Origin: Alphaproteobacteria bacterium
GTDB lineage: Bacteria; Pseudomonadota; Alphaproteobacteria; GCA-2731375
Direction of reading: 5' to 3'
Length of the DNA: 64,000 nucleotides
Assembly: GCA_965232515.1 (NCBI GenBank)
Contig: CBDDPY010000002.1
Coordinates: forward strand, 3,324,532 to 3,388,531
Position numbers and translations under genes: made by a program. The notes beneath the pieces are model-generated. The model saw only the letters and a list, made by a program, of their open reading frames with translations. It was not told where the DNA came from and did not search any database. Positions 38,147 through 47,800 of the stretch are shown piece by piece. How positions within the stretch are numbered: position 1 is the stretch's first letter; each line of letters opens with the position of its first letter.

Positions 38147-38395
38147 CATTCTGCGCGTGTCGCAGAGAAAGTTCCGAAAATTAGAGATAATTCAAAGAAT
38201 AAACTTCCATATATTGAAGTAAACATATCTGTGCGCTCACCCTCGCATTAACATAATTTTCAGCCGACCAACCATATATTCAATCATGACGGCAGGTTTT
38301 CTACAAATCTGTCGAAAAAGACAAAATTTTACATAAGTTATCCAATCGGGTGATGGTCGAATGGCGGGAAATTGGGGGAGACATGGTGGAATGTC
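38147..38395. promoter_or_regulatory. strongly AT-rich intergenic island (about 250 bp, roughly 35-40% GC against about 68% background) with CCATATATT(G/C)AA direct repeats
   Basis: Repeat copies at 38207-38218 and 38272-38283, 65 bp apart. Sits immediately upstream of the single-domain receiver gene. Confidence 0.5.
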
Positions 38396-38935
38396 ATGCT
38401 CTCGAGCTACGGACACCCCTTCGAGGCAAAGCAGCTAAGGCCGCTTAACCTTGGTCCCCTCGACGTGCTGGTCGTGGACGACAATCCGCAGATCCGCGAA
38501 CTGCTCGTCACCATCCTGGACGCCCTGCACGTCAAGCACATCCGCGAAGCCACGGACGGCGACGCCGGCTTCAAAGAGGTCTGCGCCTCGCCACCGGACA
38601 TCGTCCTGACCGACTGGGTCATGGAACCGGTCAGCGGCGTCGAACTGGTCCGGCGCATCCGACAGTCCGAGAAGAGCCCGAACCCGTTCCTGCCCGTGGT
38701 CATGATCACCAGTTCGTGCAGCTCGACCGAGGTGATCGAAGCGCGCGATGCCGGCGTCAGCGAGTTCCTGGTCAAGCCGATCACGCCGAAAGCGCTGTAC
38801 GAACGCATCGTCTCGCTGGTCGAGCGGCCGCGCCCGTTCATCCGCACCAAGTCCTTCTTCGGACCCTGCCGGCGGCAGGATCGGCTGGCGGGCTATGGCG
38901 GCCCGGAACGGCGGCGCGGCGGCACCGATCGCTGA
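38396..38935 (+). CDS. single-domain response regulator (CheY-like receiver)
   Basis: Receiver residues (LVVDDNP...VLTDWVMEP...KP) and no output domain. Start ambiguous between 38372 and 38396. Confidence 0.75.
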   Translation: MLSSYGHPFEAKQLRPLNLGPLDVLVVDDNPQIRELLVTILDALHVKHIREATDGDAGFKEVCASPPDIVLTDWVMEPVSGVELVRRIRQSEKSPNPFLPVVMITSSCSSTEVIEARDAGVSEFLVKPITPKALYERIVSLVERPRPFIRTKSFFGPCRRQDRLAGYGGPERRRGGTDR

Positions 38936-38971
38936 TCAGACCGCGAGACGAACGTTCAAGGGACGGGAATC

Positions 38972-39490
38972 ATGGGCAAGCCAGCAGCGAAATCCGCCGC
39001 GCCGCCGCGTGGCAAACCGGGCGACTTCGAGGAGATCGTGCCGCCGAACCTGCTGTTGAAAAAGCTGGGACCCGGACGCGGCGTCGATCCGGATCTGCTG
39101 ATCGAGGCCGAAACCGCCGTCTATGCCTTGCAGGCGAAGTTCGAAAAACGCTTCATGACCGAGATGAACGCGCTGCAGGACACCTTCAACGAGATGAAGC
39201 TGAACAACGATTTCGACATTCAGCACGTCGCCAACACGGTGCGGGAATTGACCGGCGAAAGCGGCACCTACGGCTATCCGCTGGTCAGCCGCTTCGGCCG
39301 GTCGTTGTGCGTGTTCATGGACGACATGACGAACCTCGATGCCGAGCAGGTCGGGTTGATCGACGCCCATCTCGATGCCATGCGCGCCGTGGTCGGCGGC
39401 AAGGTGCGCGGCGACGGCGGCAAGATGGGTCAGCAGCTCGTGCACGAGCTCGAAATGGTGACGTCGCGCATGTCGATCACCCTGCCCTGA
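38972..39490 (+). CDS. Hpt-like (histidine-phosphotransfer-like) protein with Arg at the canonical phospho-His position
   Basis: The segment VRELTGESGTYGYPLVSRFGRSLCVFMD aligns with the Hpt consensus aHxLKGSSaxxGAxxLxxLCxxLE, with R in place of H. Assignment is tentative. Confidence 0.35.
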   Translation: MGKPAAKSAAPPRGKPGDFEEIVPPNLLLKKLGPGRGVDPDLLIEAETAVYALQAKFEKRFMTEMNALQDTFNEMKLNNDFDIQHVANTVRELTGESGTYGYPLVSRFGRSLCVFMDDMTNLDAEQVGLIDAHLDAMRAVVGGKVRGDGGKMGQQLVHELEMVTSRMSITLP

Positions 39491-39553
39491 CGGCGCCGCC
39501 GTCCATCGAATTCCACTAGGCGACAAGAGGGCGAACCGGGTAGCCTGCGGCCC

Positions 39554-41032
39554 ATGTCGCAGGAACCACCTCACAGCGTATCGGAAACAGGGCTCGCACG
39601 CCTCGCCCGGCGGATCGCACGCGATCTGGACTATCTGAACTATCCGCCCCGGAACTGGGTCGTGCCGCACGATGACGGGCACGGCGGCCAGCTCGTTGAC
39701 GTCGCCATCGTTGGCGGCGGCATGTGCGGCCTGACGCTCGCCTTCGCGTTGCGGCGTGTCGGCGTCGGCAACATCCGCCTGATCGACAGCCAGCCGGACG
39801 GTCAGGAAGGCCCCTGGGTGACCTATGCCCGCATGGCCACCCTGCGCTCGCCCAAGCACCTGGTCGGCCCGGCGCTCGACCTGCCCAGCCTCACCTTCCG
39901 GGCCTGGTACGAGGCGCAGTTCGGCGTCGATGCCTGGGAGGCGCTCGGCCGCATCGACCGGACGATGTGGATGGACTATCTGCGCTGGTACCGCCGGGTC
40001 CTGGACCTGCCGGTCGAGAACGGCGTGACGATGACATCGCTTGCGTCCGAAGGCGACGCCATCCGCCTTGATCTCGAAAGGGCGAGCGGCCCCGACGTGC
40101 TGCGGGCCCGCAAAGTGGTGCTGGCCACAGGACGCGACGGGCTGGGCGGTCCCTATACGCCGGCCGTCGCCGCGGGCCTGCCGGCCGATCGCTGCAGCCA
40201 CTCGGCCGACGACATCGATTTCGCGGCGCTTGCCGGCAGGCAGGTCGCGGTGCTGGGCGGCGGCGCCTCGGCCTGCGACAACGCCGGCGTCGCGCTCGAG
40301 ATGGGCGCCGCCGAGGTGCGGCAGTTCGTGCGCCGCGACGACCTGCCGCGCGTCAACAAATCCAAGGGCGCGGTCTATGCCGGCTATGCGCTGGCGTTTC
40401 CGCACCTGGACGACGCCTGGCGCTGGCGCTTTCTGCATTACGTGCTGGACGAACAGGTGCCGCCGCCGCGCGAATCCATGCTGCGGCTCTCACGGCACGC
40501 CAACTATCACCTGCAGCTCGGCTGCCCCTGGCGGCGGGCCGAAGCGGACGGCGACGGCATCGCCATCGACACACCCAAGGGCGTGTTTCACGCCGACCAC
40601 GCGATCATCGGCACCGGCTTCGACGTCGACATCGGCCGTCGGCCCGAGCTGGCGGCGCTCGCAGATCACGTGCTGCTCTGGCAGGACCGGGTCGCCATCG
40701 ACGATGGCGAACTGTCCCGTCAGTTCGGCCGGTTTCCCTATCTGGGTCCGGACTTCGCTTTCCTGCCGCGCGCGCCCGACGGCCCAGGCTGGCTCGCCAA
40801 CGTGCATTGCTTCAACTATGCCTCGACGCTGAGCCACGGCCCCGTCAGCGGCGATATCCCGCTGCTCGGGTTCGGTGCCGAGCGCCTCGCCGGCGGGGTC
40901 GCCGCCAGTTTCTTCGACGCGGACAAGCAGGCCCATTTCGCCGACCTGCAGGCCTTCGACGAACCGGAACTGCTGGGCGACGAATGGTCGGTCGACGACG
41001 CTGACCCGCCGCAGCGCCGACAACAATCCTGA
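39554..41032 (+). CDS. FAD/NAD(P)-binding oxidoreductase (flavin-monooxygenase-like)
   Basis: Two dinucleotide-binding motifs (VAIVGGGMCGLTLA and VAVLGGGASACDNA). 492 aa. Confidence 0.7.
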   Translation: MSQEPPHSVSETGLARLARRIARDLDYLNYPPRNWVVPHDDGHGGQLVDVAIVGGGMCGLTLAFALRRVGVGNIRLIDSQPDGQEGPWVTYARMATLRSPKHLVGPALDLPSLTFRAWYEAQFGVDAWEALGRIDRTMWMDYLRWYRRVLDLPVENGVTMTSLASEGDAIRLDLERASGPDVLRARKVVLATGRDGLGGPYTPAVAAGLPADRCSHSADDIDFAALAGRQVAVLGGGASACDNAGVALEMGAAEVRQFVRRDDLPRVNKSKGAVYAGYALAFPHLDDAWRWRFLHYVLDEQVPPPRESMLRLSRHANYHLQLGCPWRRAEADGDGIAIDTPKGVFHADHAIIGTGFDVDIGRRPELAALADHVLLWQDRVAIDDGELSRQFGRFPYLGPDFAFLPRAPDGPGWLANVHCFNYASTLSHGPVSGDIPLLGFGAERLAGGVAASFFDADKQAHFADLQAFDEPELLGDEWSVDDADPPQRRQQS

Positions 41033-41950
41033 TCAGTCGGCGGCGAGCCCGCCGAAACGTTCCCGGAAGTAGGCCGCGGCCTCGGGCAACGGCCCCTCGG
41101 CCGTTTCCGCCGCGGCCATCAGGTGTTCTTCGGCCGGTAGGGCCGTGAGGCGGTAGAGGTTGCGGCAGAGCGCGCGGGCGGGCCGGCCCGGCCAGTCGAC
41201 CGGCAACAGCTCGTCCGGCAGCATGGGATCGCGCAACAGCACCCGCCGATAGTCGTGCACCAGCAGCGTTCGGACCAGGAAGCAACTCCGCGGGTCCGGC
41301 GCCGACGCCTCGCCCAAGGCCTGGTAGATCGGCCGGAAGTGATCGACGAAGGCCGCGTAGTCGGCGGCGAGCCGGTCGAGATCCCAGGCGCCACGCACCA
41401 GCGCCTGCAGCGCCGGCAGCTGGTTCGTCGCCTGCGCCGTCATCACCACCAGCCGGTCGGTCAGACCCTGATCCTGGAAGGTTTGGGTCAACGCCTCCAT
41501 GTCCGGCGCCGGATGCGCCAGCACGGTCGGCGCGAACGTGCCGAATCCCAGCCATTGCAGCTCGCGCCGCACGGCCTCGCGCGCCGCACTGTCGAGCTCG
41601 CCGGCCAGGACCAGCCGCCACTGGCCGTCCCACGGCGCCCGCGGCGGCGCGTAGATCCGCCGGTGCGCCGCCTCGAAGCGCTGGCGGCCGCTTTCGGTCA
41701 GGCTGTAATAGCTGCGCCGGCCGAGCTGACGCGCGGCCAGCCAGTCGTCGGCCACCAGCCGGAACACGGCCGTGCGCACCATGCGCTCGTTCAGGCCCAG
41801 CGGCGCGACCAGCCGGATCAGACTGCCAAGCCAGACCGAACCGCCATGCGGCAGGATGGCGTCGCCGAACACCGTGACGATGACCGACTTCCCCTTCAAG
41901 TCGATCTGCCGCCTGAGCTTGTCGATCAATCCGTCGAGCCGCCGGGTCAT
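41033..41950 (-). CDS. paaX: phenylacetic-acid catabolism repressor PaaX family
   Basis: Collinear similarity to PaaX (VWLGSL...VRTAVFRL...GRRSYYSL...APWDGQW...YRRVLLRDPMLPDELLP...FRERFGG). Start at ATG 41950; ORF-track start is 42022. Confidence 0.75.
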   Translation of the reverse strand: MTRRLDGLIDKLRRQIDLKGKSVIVTVFGDAILPHGGSVWLGSLIRLVAPLGLNERMVRTAVFRLVADDWLAARQLGRRSYYSLTESGRQRFEAAHRRIYAPPRAPWDGQWRLVLAGELDSAAREAVRRELQWLGFGTFAPTVLAHPAPDMEALTQTFQDQGLTDRLVVMTAQATNQLPALQALVRGAWDLDRLAADYAAFVDHFRPIYQALGEASAPDPRSCFLVRTLLVHDYRRVLLRDPMLPDELLPVDWPGRPARALCRNLYRLTALPAEEHLMAAAETAEGPLPEAAAYFRERFGGLAAD

Positions 41951-42060
41951 GGCGCGCTTCGGCCTCCTGTTGGTCGATTCAGTCTGTCGCCGGACATAGT
42001 TCACACCCCTGGCCTTGTCCACGGCCGCCAGAGCGGCGCAATGGCGTTGACAGATCGTAA

Positions 42061-42101
42061 ATGATACATATACTACGATCTATCCTATAAATTGGTATCA
42101 T
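42061..42101. promoter_or_regulatory. putative PaaX-type operator ATGATACA-N25-GGTATCAT upstream of the PaaA-like gene
   Basis: Inverted half-sites (42061-42068 and 42094-42101) in an AT-rich promoter. The same architecture recurs at 44233-44273. Confidence 0.5.
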
Positions 42102-42115
42102 ATTGGAGAGCCACG

Positions 42116-42928
42116 ATGCCGGATTGGAAGACTTACGACAAGGGCGATCCAATGCCCGAGGATTATCGGAAGCTGCTGATCCATCTGATGACCTTTCAGG
42201 CCGATTCCGAATATGCCGGCGCCCAGCGCGTCGCCGAAAACATGCGCTTCGCGCCAAGGCCGGAGGAGGCCTACCGGCTGTCGAAGAAGGTCATGGAGGA
42301 GATGGGCCACGGCTACTATGTCTGGGCGCTGTTGCAGGATCTCGGCGTCGATGTCGACGCCCGGCTGCAGGAACTGGTCCAGCATCCCGACAACCCGGAT
42401 CCGAAGAAGGTCAACGTGATCAACGGTTTCCGCAAGGAGAACTGGTCGCAGTGGTTCGAGTGCTGGGAAGACGTGGCGCTGTTCTCGACCGTCGTCACGC
42501 CGGCCGCGGTGGCGTTTCTGGGTCAATACCGCGAGTGTTCCTACAAGCCCTGGGCCCGCGTCAACGTGCGCATTCACAAGGAAGAGCACGGCCATCTGGC
42601 GTTCGGCGTCTGGGCGTCCAAGCGCTGTATCGAGTTCGGCGGCGAGGAGACGCGCGCCTTCATGCAGACCCGCATTCCGAAATTCATGCGCGTCGGCCTC
42701 GGCTTCTACGGCCGGCCGTCGACCGGCGGTGCGAAGTCCGCGATGTTCGACAAGTATTACGAATACGGCATCAAGGTGAAGAAGCCTGAAGAGCTTCAGG
42801 CCGAGTATCTCGAATTGCTTGAGTCGCGGTTGGCCGAGGTCGGCCTGGAAGTGCCCGCCGACATCGAAGCCGACTACGACATGCGCATGGGCTACGAGGC
42901 CGACGAGCCGGCCACGGCGGCACAGTAG
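42116..42928 (+). CDS. PaaA-like ferritin-fold diiron oxygenase subunit (phenylacetyl-CoA epoxidase subunit A family, short form)
   Basis: PEDYRKLLIH...EEMGHGYY...HKEEHGH parallels PaaA PDAYRKTLIR...EAGHGLY...KEESFHQ, i.e. two E..H diiron motifs. 270 aa; GGAGAG Shine-Dalgarno. Confidence 0.65.
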   Translation: MPDWKTYDKGDPMPEDYRKLLIHLMTFQADSEYAGAQRVAENMRFAPRPEEAYRLSKKVMEEMGHGYYVWALLQDLGVDVDARLQELVQHPDNPDPKKVNVINGFRKENWSQWFECWEDVALFSTVVTPAAVAFLGQYRECSYKPWARVNVRIHKEEHGHLAFGVWASKRCIEFGGEETRAFMQTRIPKFMRVGLGFYGRPSTGGAKSAMFDKYYEYGIKVKKPEELQAEYLELLESRLAEVGLEVPADIEADYDMRMGYEADEPATAAQ

Positions 42929-42939
42929 GAGGACGCGCG

Positions 42940-43350
42940 ATGATGCGTGAAGAAGGCGTCGCCGAGCTGCCGAACCGGCTGTTCGCCGACGGCCGCAGCA
43001 TCCTGGCCCGCTTCGGCTATCGGCACGTCGCGAACGGCGCCGAACGCGATGACTGGGCCGCCATGTGGGACCTGCTGCGGCCGGACTTCGCAACGGCGGA
43101 ACGGCCGGACATCGCAACCTACGACGTGCTCTCCGAGGAGGCGCAATCGCTGGCCCGCGCCTACATGCGCGTCCGGCTGGAGGCCGACCGAAATCTGGAG
43201 GCCTGCGAGCGGCTGCATGTACAGCTCTATGCCGACGGTATCGACAAGGACGTCGTCGAGGACTACGCCGTCGTCCGCGACGCCTATGAAGACAGCGTCG
43301 AGGCCTTCGGCGCCGCACGCGAAAAACTGGCGCCGCACCTGTCCCGGTAG
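42940..43350 (+). CDS. hypothetical protein (136 aa), co-transcribed with the PaaA-like gene
   Basis: Lies 11 nt downstream of the PaaA-like gene and is followed by the intrinsic terminator. No recognisable family. Confidence 0.4.
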   Translation: MMREEGVAELPNRLFADGRSILARFGYRHVANGAERDDWAAMWDLLRPDFATAERPDIATYDVLSEEAQSLARAYMRVRLEADRNLEACERLHVQLYADGIDKDVVEDYAVVRDAYEDSVEAFGAAREKLAPHLSR

Positions 43351-43374
43351 GTGTTCGTCACAACACCTGAATTC

Positions 43375-43402
43375 GGCCCCGCACGTCGGGGCCTTTTCTT
43401 TT
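43375..43402. terminator. bidirectional rho-independent terminator
   Basis: GGCCCCG-cacgt-CGGGGCC hairpin followed by TTTTCTTTT, lying between convergent genes. Confidence 0.7.
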
Positions 43403-43422
43403 GTGCAATTAGGCCGGCCGGC

Positions 43423-44205
43423 TCAGACCGCGCCGGCGGTGGCGACTGGCGCCTCAAGTTCCAACGCCGCCAGACGTGTCTGCATCTCGCTTTCCCAACG
43501 CGCCAGCAGGTCGGCGTTGCCGTATTGCCGCAGGCCATAGCTGCGATAGAGCTCGAACCGCCGCGAATCCAGCCGGCCGAACGTGGCCGCGACCCGCGGA
43601 TGCCAGTAGTTGACCGCCGCCTGCGCCGCCAGTCGGTCGCCGGTGCGCTCGATCGCCTGGCGCAGGCCGGTCTCGCCCAACGCGGCGTGTTCGGCCTCGC
43701 GCGGCACCACGTCACGCATCACGGTCGCGAGCGGCGCATAAGAGCACGCCGCCAGCTCGGCCAACTGGATCGACGAGGCGATGCCCATGGCCATGTTCAT
43801 GGTCACCGCGTCCAGCCAGCCCTGGACCGGATAGTGGAAGACGTTCAAGCGTTTGTCGCCGGCAATGCGGCGGGTGCCGAGATCGAGCTCGCGGTTCAGC
43901 CGCGCCGCCCAGGGGTGCGAACGCAGATACAGCGCCGGGTTGACGCCGAAACGTTCCAGCAGCGCCAGCACGGCCTCCGCATGGGCGAACTTTTCACTCA
44001 CCATGCGGGCGGCGATGCTGCGTTCGCGCAGGCCCGGGGCGCTGTTGATGTGATCGACGAAGCCAGCGGCGCCCGCGAGCTCCGAATCCACGAACACGAC
44101 CATCAGTCGCATCAACTCGCCGCGATAGCCGGGCGACAGCTCGTCGTCCGCATCCAACCGGCCGCCGCCGCCTATGCGCTCGATCATGTCCGCGTCGGTC
44201 ACCAT
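43423..44205 (-). CDS. ferritin-like / diiron-carboxylate family protein (possible PaaC-like partner subunit)
   Basis: 260 aa, helical, with ExxH-type motifs (REAEH, EKFAHAE). Start at ATG 44205 preceded by GGGAG; ORF-track start is 44538. Family assignment uncertain. Confidence 0.4.
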   Translation of the reverse strand: MVTDADMIERIGGGGRLDADDELSPGYRGELMRLMVVFVDSELAGAAGFVDHINSAPGLRERSIAARMVSEKFAHAEAVLALLERFGVNPALYLRSHPWAARLNRELDLGTRRIAGDKRLNVFHYPVQGWLDAVTMNMAMGIASSIQLAELAACSYAPLATVMRDVVPREAEHAALGETGLRQAIERTGDRLAAQAAVNYWHPRVAATFGRLDSRRFELYRSYGLRQYGNADLLARWESEMQTRLAALELEAPVATAGAV

Positions 44206-44232
44206 CGCAGGATACTCCCGAGTCGTCAGAAA

Positions 44233-44273
44233 GAGATACAAGAATAGACAATTTATTGTTCGATTGGTATCAT
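44233..44273. promoter_or_regulatory. second copy of the GATACA-N25-GGTATCAT operator-like motif, in a divergent promoter
   Basis: GAGATACA at 44233-44240 and GGTATCAT at 44266-44273, with the same 25-bp spacer as at 42061-42101. Sits between the ferritin-like gene and the flavodoxin gene. Confidence 0.5.
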
Positions 44274-44322
44274 ATTTTCCGTAAGATTGGATTTGCAGCG
44301 GACCGAGCGAGAACGGCGCGCC

Positions 44323-44772
44323 ATGGTCGATATCGTGATTTTCGTCGGCACCGAGTCGGGCAACGCGGCGATGGTTGCCGACACGCTGCGCGACGAACTG
44401 GGTGACAACGGCCACGCGATCGATGTGATCGAGGACTTCGAGGCGGACCCGCCCGCCCTCGAGGCTGACAAAGTCGTACTCTTGTGCACGGCGACGCATG
44501 GGCTCGGCGAACTGCCGGACAACATCATGCCGCTGCACGACCGGCTGACGCAGGACCGGCCCGATCTCACCGGCATCCGCTATGGCGTTATCGCCCTTGG
44601 CGACCAGACCTACAGCGACACCTTCTGCAATGCCGGCCGCCAGATGGACACGCTGTTCGCCGAGCTCGGCGGCGCCCGCGTCGGCGAACGGCTGGAGATC
44701 GACGCCTGCACCCAGCCGCTGCCCGACGAGGAGGCCATCGACTGGGCCAAGGAGTGGGTGGCGATGTTATAG
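44323..44772 (+). CDS. flavodoxin (short-chain)
   Basis: 150 aa. N-terminal IVIFVGTESGNA FMN phosphate-binding loop and a flavodoxin fold. Confidence 0.7.
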   Translation: MVDIVIFVGTESGNAAMVADTLRDELGDNGHAIDVIEDFEADPPALEADKVVLLCTATHGLGELPDNIMPLHDRLTQDRPDLTGIRYGVIALGDQTYSDTFCNAGRQMDTLFAELGGARVGERLEIDACTQPLPDEEAIDWAKEWVAML

Positions 44773-44819
44773 CGGCGACTTTTTCGCCGGACGGCGTATG
44801 CTAGGGCACCGTCGAATCG

Positions 44820-47800
44820 ATGCCGGGTTGGGGCATGATTTTCGCGCACGAGCCGCCGGCTGAAACGCCGCCGCGGGCCGCCATATCGGCGCTTTATCGC
44901 AAGGACGAAACCGCCTGCCTGCAGGCGCTGCTGGCCGAGCTCGATCTGGCCGACGAGCAGCTCGCCGGCATCGACGCGCGGGCGCGTTCGCTGGTGGCGG
45001 AGGTGCGCCGGCGGCGCATCGGCGAAGGCGGCATCGACGCCTTCATGCACGAGTACGACCTCGACAGCCGCGAGGGCGTGGTGCTGATGTGCCTGGCGGA
45101 AGCGCTGCTGCGCATTCCCGATGCCGAGACCGCCGACCGACTAATCCGTGACAAGCTGGCCGATGCCGACTGGGACGCCCATCTCGGCCGGTCGGAATCG
45201 CTGTTCGTCAATGCCTCGACCTGGGCGCTGATGCTGACCGGCCGGGTGATCCGCCTCGGAAGCCTGCGGGAAGACGATCTCGGCGCCCTGCTGCGGCGGC
45301 TGGTGGCGCGCAGCGGCGAGCCGGTGATCCGCCAGGCCGTGGTCCAGGCCATGCGCATCCTGGGGCGGCAGTTCGTCCTGGGGCGCACCATCGCCGAAGC
45401 GCTGAAGCGCGCCGACGAGGCCGAAACGAACGGCTATCGGCATTCCTACGACATGCTGGGCGAGGCCGCGAAGACCGCCGCCGACGCCGAGCGCTACGCA
45501 CGGGCCTACGAATCGGCGATCGCCGCCATCGGCAGGCACGCGAACGGTCGCGGCCCGATCGACGGTCCCGGCATCTCGGTCAAGCTGTCGGCCCTGCATC
45601 CGCGCTACGAGCTGGCGCAGATGTCGCGGGTGACGGACGAATTGCGGCCGCGCCTGCTGGCGCTCGCCGTCGCCGCGAAGGACGCCGGCATCGGCTTCAC
45701 CGTCGACGCCGAGGAGGCAGACCGCCTCGACCCCTCGCTCGATCTGTTCGACGCGCTGGCGACCGACCCGGCGCTTGCCGGCTGGGACGGCCTCGGCCTC
45801 GCGGTGCAGGCCTATCAGAAACGCGCGCCGGCGGTGATCGACTGGCTCGCCGACCTCGCGCGGCGCGGTAAGCGGCGCTTGATGGTCCGGCTGGTCAAAG
45901 GGGCGTACTGGGACACCGAGATCAAACGCAGCCAGGAAGGCGGCTTCGCGGGCTATCCGGTGTTCACGCGCAAGCTCAACACCGATGTTTCCTACCTCGC
46001 CTGCGCCAAGCGGCTGCTGGCGGACGAACAGGCCTTCTATCCGCAGTTCGCCACCCACAACGCGCACACGCTCGCCGCCGTGGTCGAGATGGCCGGCAAC
46101 CGGCGTGACTTCGAGTTCCAGCGCCTGCACGGCATGGGTGATGCGCTCTACGCGCAGGTGGTCGGCGGCGGTCTTGGCGTCGACTGCCGGATTTACGCGC
46201 CCGTCGGCAGCCACGAGGACCTGTTGGCCTATCTGGTGCGCCGGTTGCTCGAAAACGGCGCCAACACATCGTTCGTCAACCGCATCGTCGACGAAAAGGC
46301 GCCGATCGACGACATCGTCGCCGACCCCATCGCCAAGGCCCGCGCGCTCGACGCGGCGCCGCATCCGCGCATCCCGCTACCGTCCCGGATCTTTGGCGAC
46401 GAGCGGCGCAATTCCGTCGGCCTGGACCTGAGCGACATCACGGTGCTGCGACCGCTGGCATCGGAGATCAACGCCGCGGTGGACGGCAATTGGATGGCGG
46501 CGCCATTGGTGGCCGGCGAAACCCAACCAGGCCAGGTCGCCGACGTCACCGATCCGTCGGACCGCCGTCGGATCGTCGGCGCCGTCGTCGACGCCACGGC
46601 TGAGGATGCCGCCGCCGCGATGTCGGCCGCTGCTGCAGCGGCGCCGGCTTGGGACGCGACGCCGGCCGATACGCGCGCCGCCTGCCTCGACCGCATGGCC
46701 GACATTCTGGAACGCGATATGGCGCGCTTCATGGCGATGGCCGTGCGCGAGGCCGGCAAGACCCTGCCCGACGCCGTGGCGGAGGTGCGTGAGGCTATTG
46801 ATTTTTGCCGGTATTACGCGGCCCGTGCCCGGGCCGATTTCGCCGCGCCGCTGGCGCTGCCGGGCCCGACCGGTGAGCGCAACGAGATCGCCCTGCACGG
46901 CCGCGGCGTCTTCGTCTGCATCAGCCCGTGGAACTTTCCGCTGGCGATCTTCTGCGGTCAGGTGACGGCGGCGCTGGCCGCCGGCAACGCCGTGATCGCC
47001 AAGCCGGCCGAACAGACGCCGCTGATCGCGCACGCCGCGGTCTCGGCGCTCTACGAAGCCGGCGTGCCCGCCGAGGCCCTGCAATTGCTGCCCGGTCCGG
47101 GCGAGGTCGTCGGCGCTGCGTTGATCGCCGATCCCCGGCTGGCCGGTGTCGCCTTCACCGGCTCGACCGAGACCGCGGCCATCATCAACCGCACGCTCGC
47201 CGCGCGCGACGGACCGATCGTGCCGCTGATCGCCGAAACCGGCGGCCAGAACGCCATGCTGGTGGATTCATCGGCCTTGCCCGAGCAGGTGGTGACGGAC
47301 ACCGTCGCCTCGGCCTTCCAGAGCGCCGGCCAGCGCTGTTCGGCGCTGCGCGTATTGTTTTTGCAGGACGATGTCGCCGACAAGACTATCGACATGCTGG
47401 CCGGCGCCATGGACGAGCTGAGTGTCGGCGACCCCGCCTTGCTGCGCACCGACGTCGGCCCGGTGATCGACAATGACGCCAGGCAGATGCTAGAAGACCA
47501 CGCCGCACGCATGGACCGCGAAGCCACACTCATCCGGCAGGTCGAGATGGGGGAGGAAACCGCACACGGCACCTTCGTCGCGCCGCGCGCCTATGAGATC
47601 GACAGCCTGGACTGGCTGCACGGCGAGGTGTTCGGACCCGTCCTACACATCGTGCGCTATCAACAGTCCCACCTCGAGGCGGTGATCGACGCCATCAACG
47701 GCACCGGCTTCGGCCTAACGCTGGGCATTCACAGCCGCATCGACGCCACGGTCGAGTACATCCATGCGCGCCTGCGCGTCGGCAACACCTATGTCAACCG

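Noticed and set aside
40845-41633. 262-aa Arg/Gly-rich minus-strand ORF overlapping the FAD oxidoreductase and paaX
   Set aside because: Alternate frame or antisense low-complexity ORF. The paaX frame in the same region has full-length family similarity.
45141-46364. 407-aa ORF antisense to putA, plus the 49090..50883 ORF antisense to the iorB-like gene, plus the 55936..57555 ORF antisense to the repeat protein
   Set aside because: GC-rich antisense frames over strongly supported genes.
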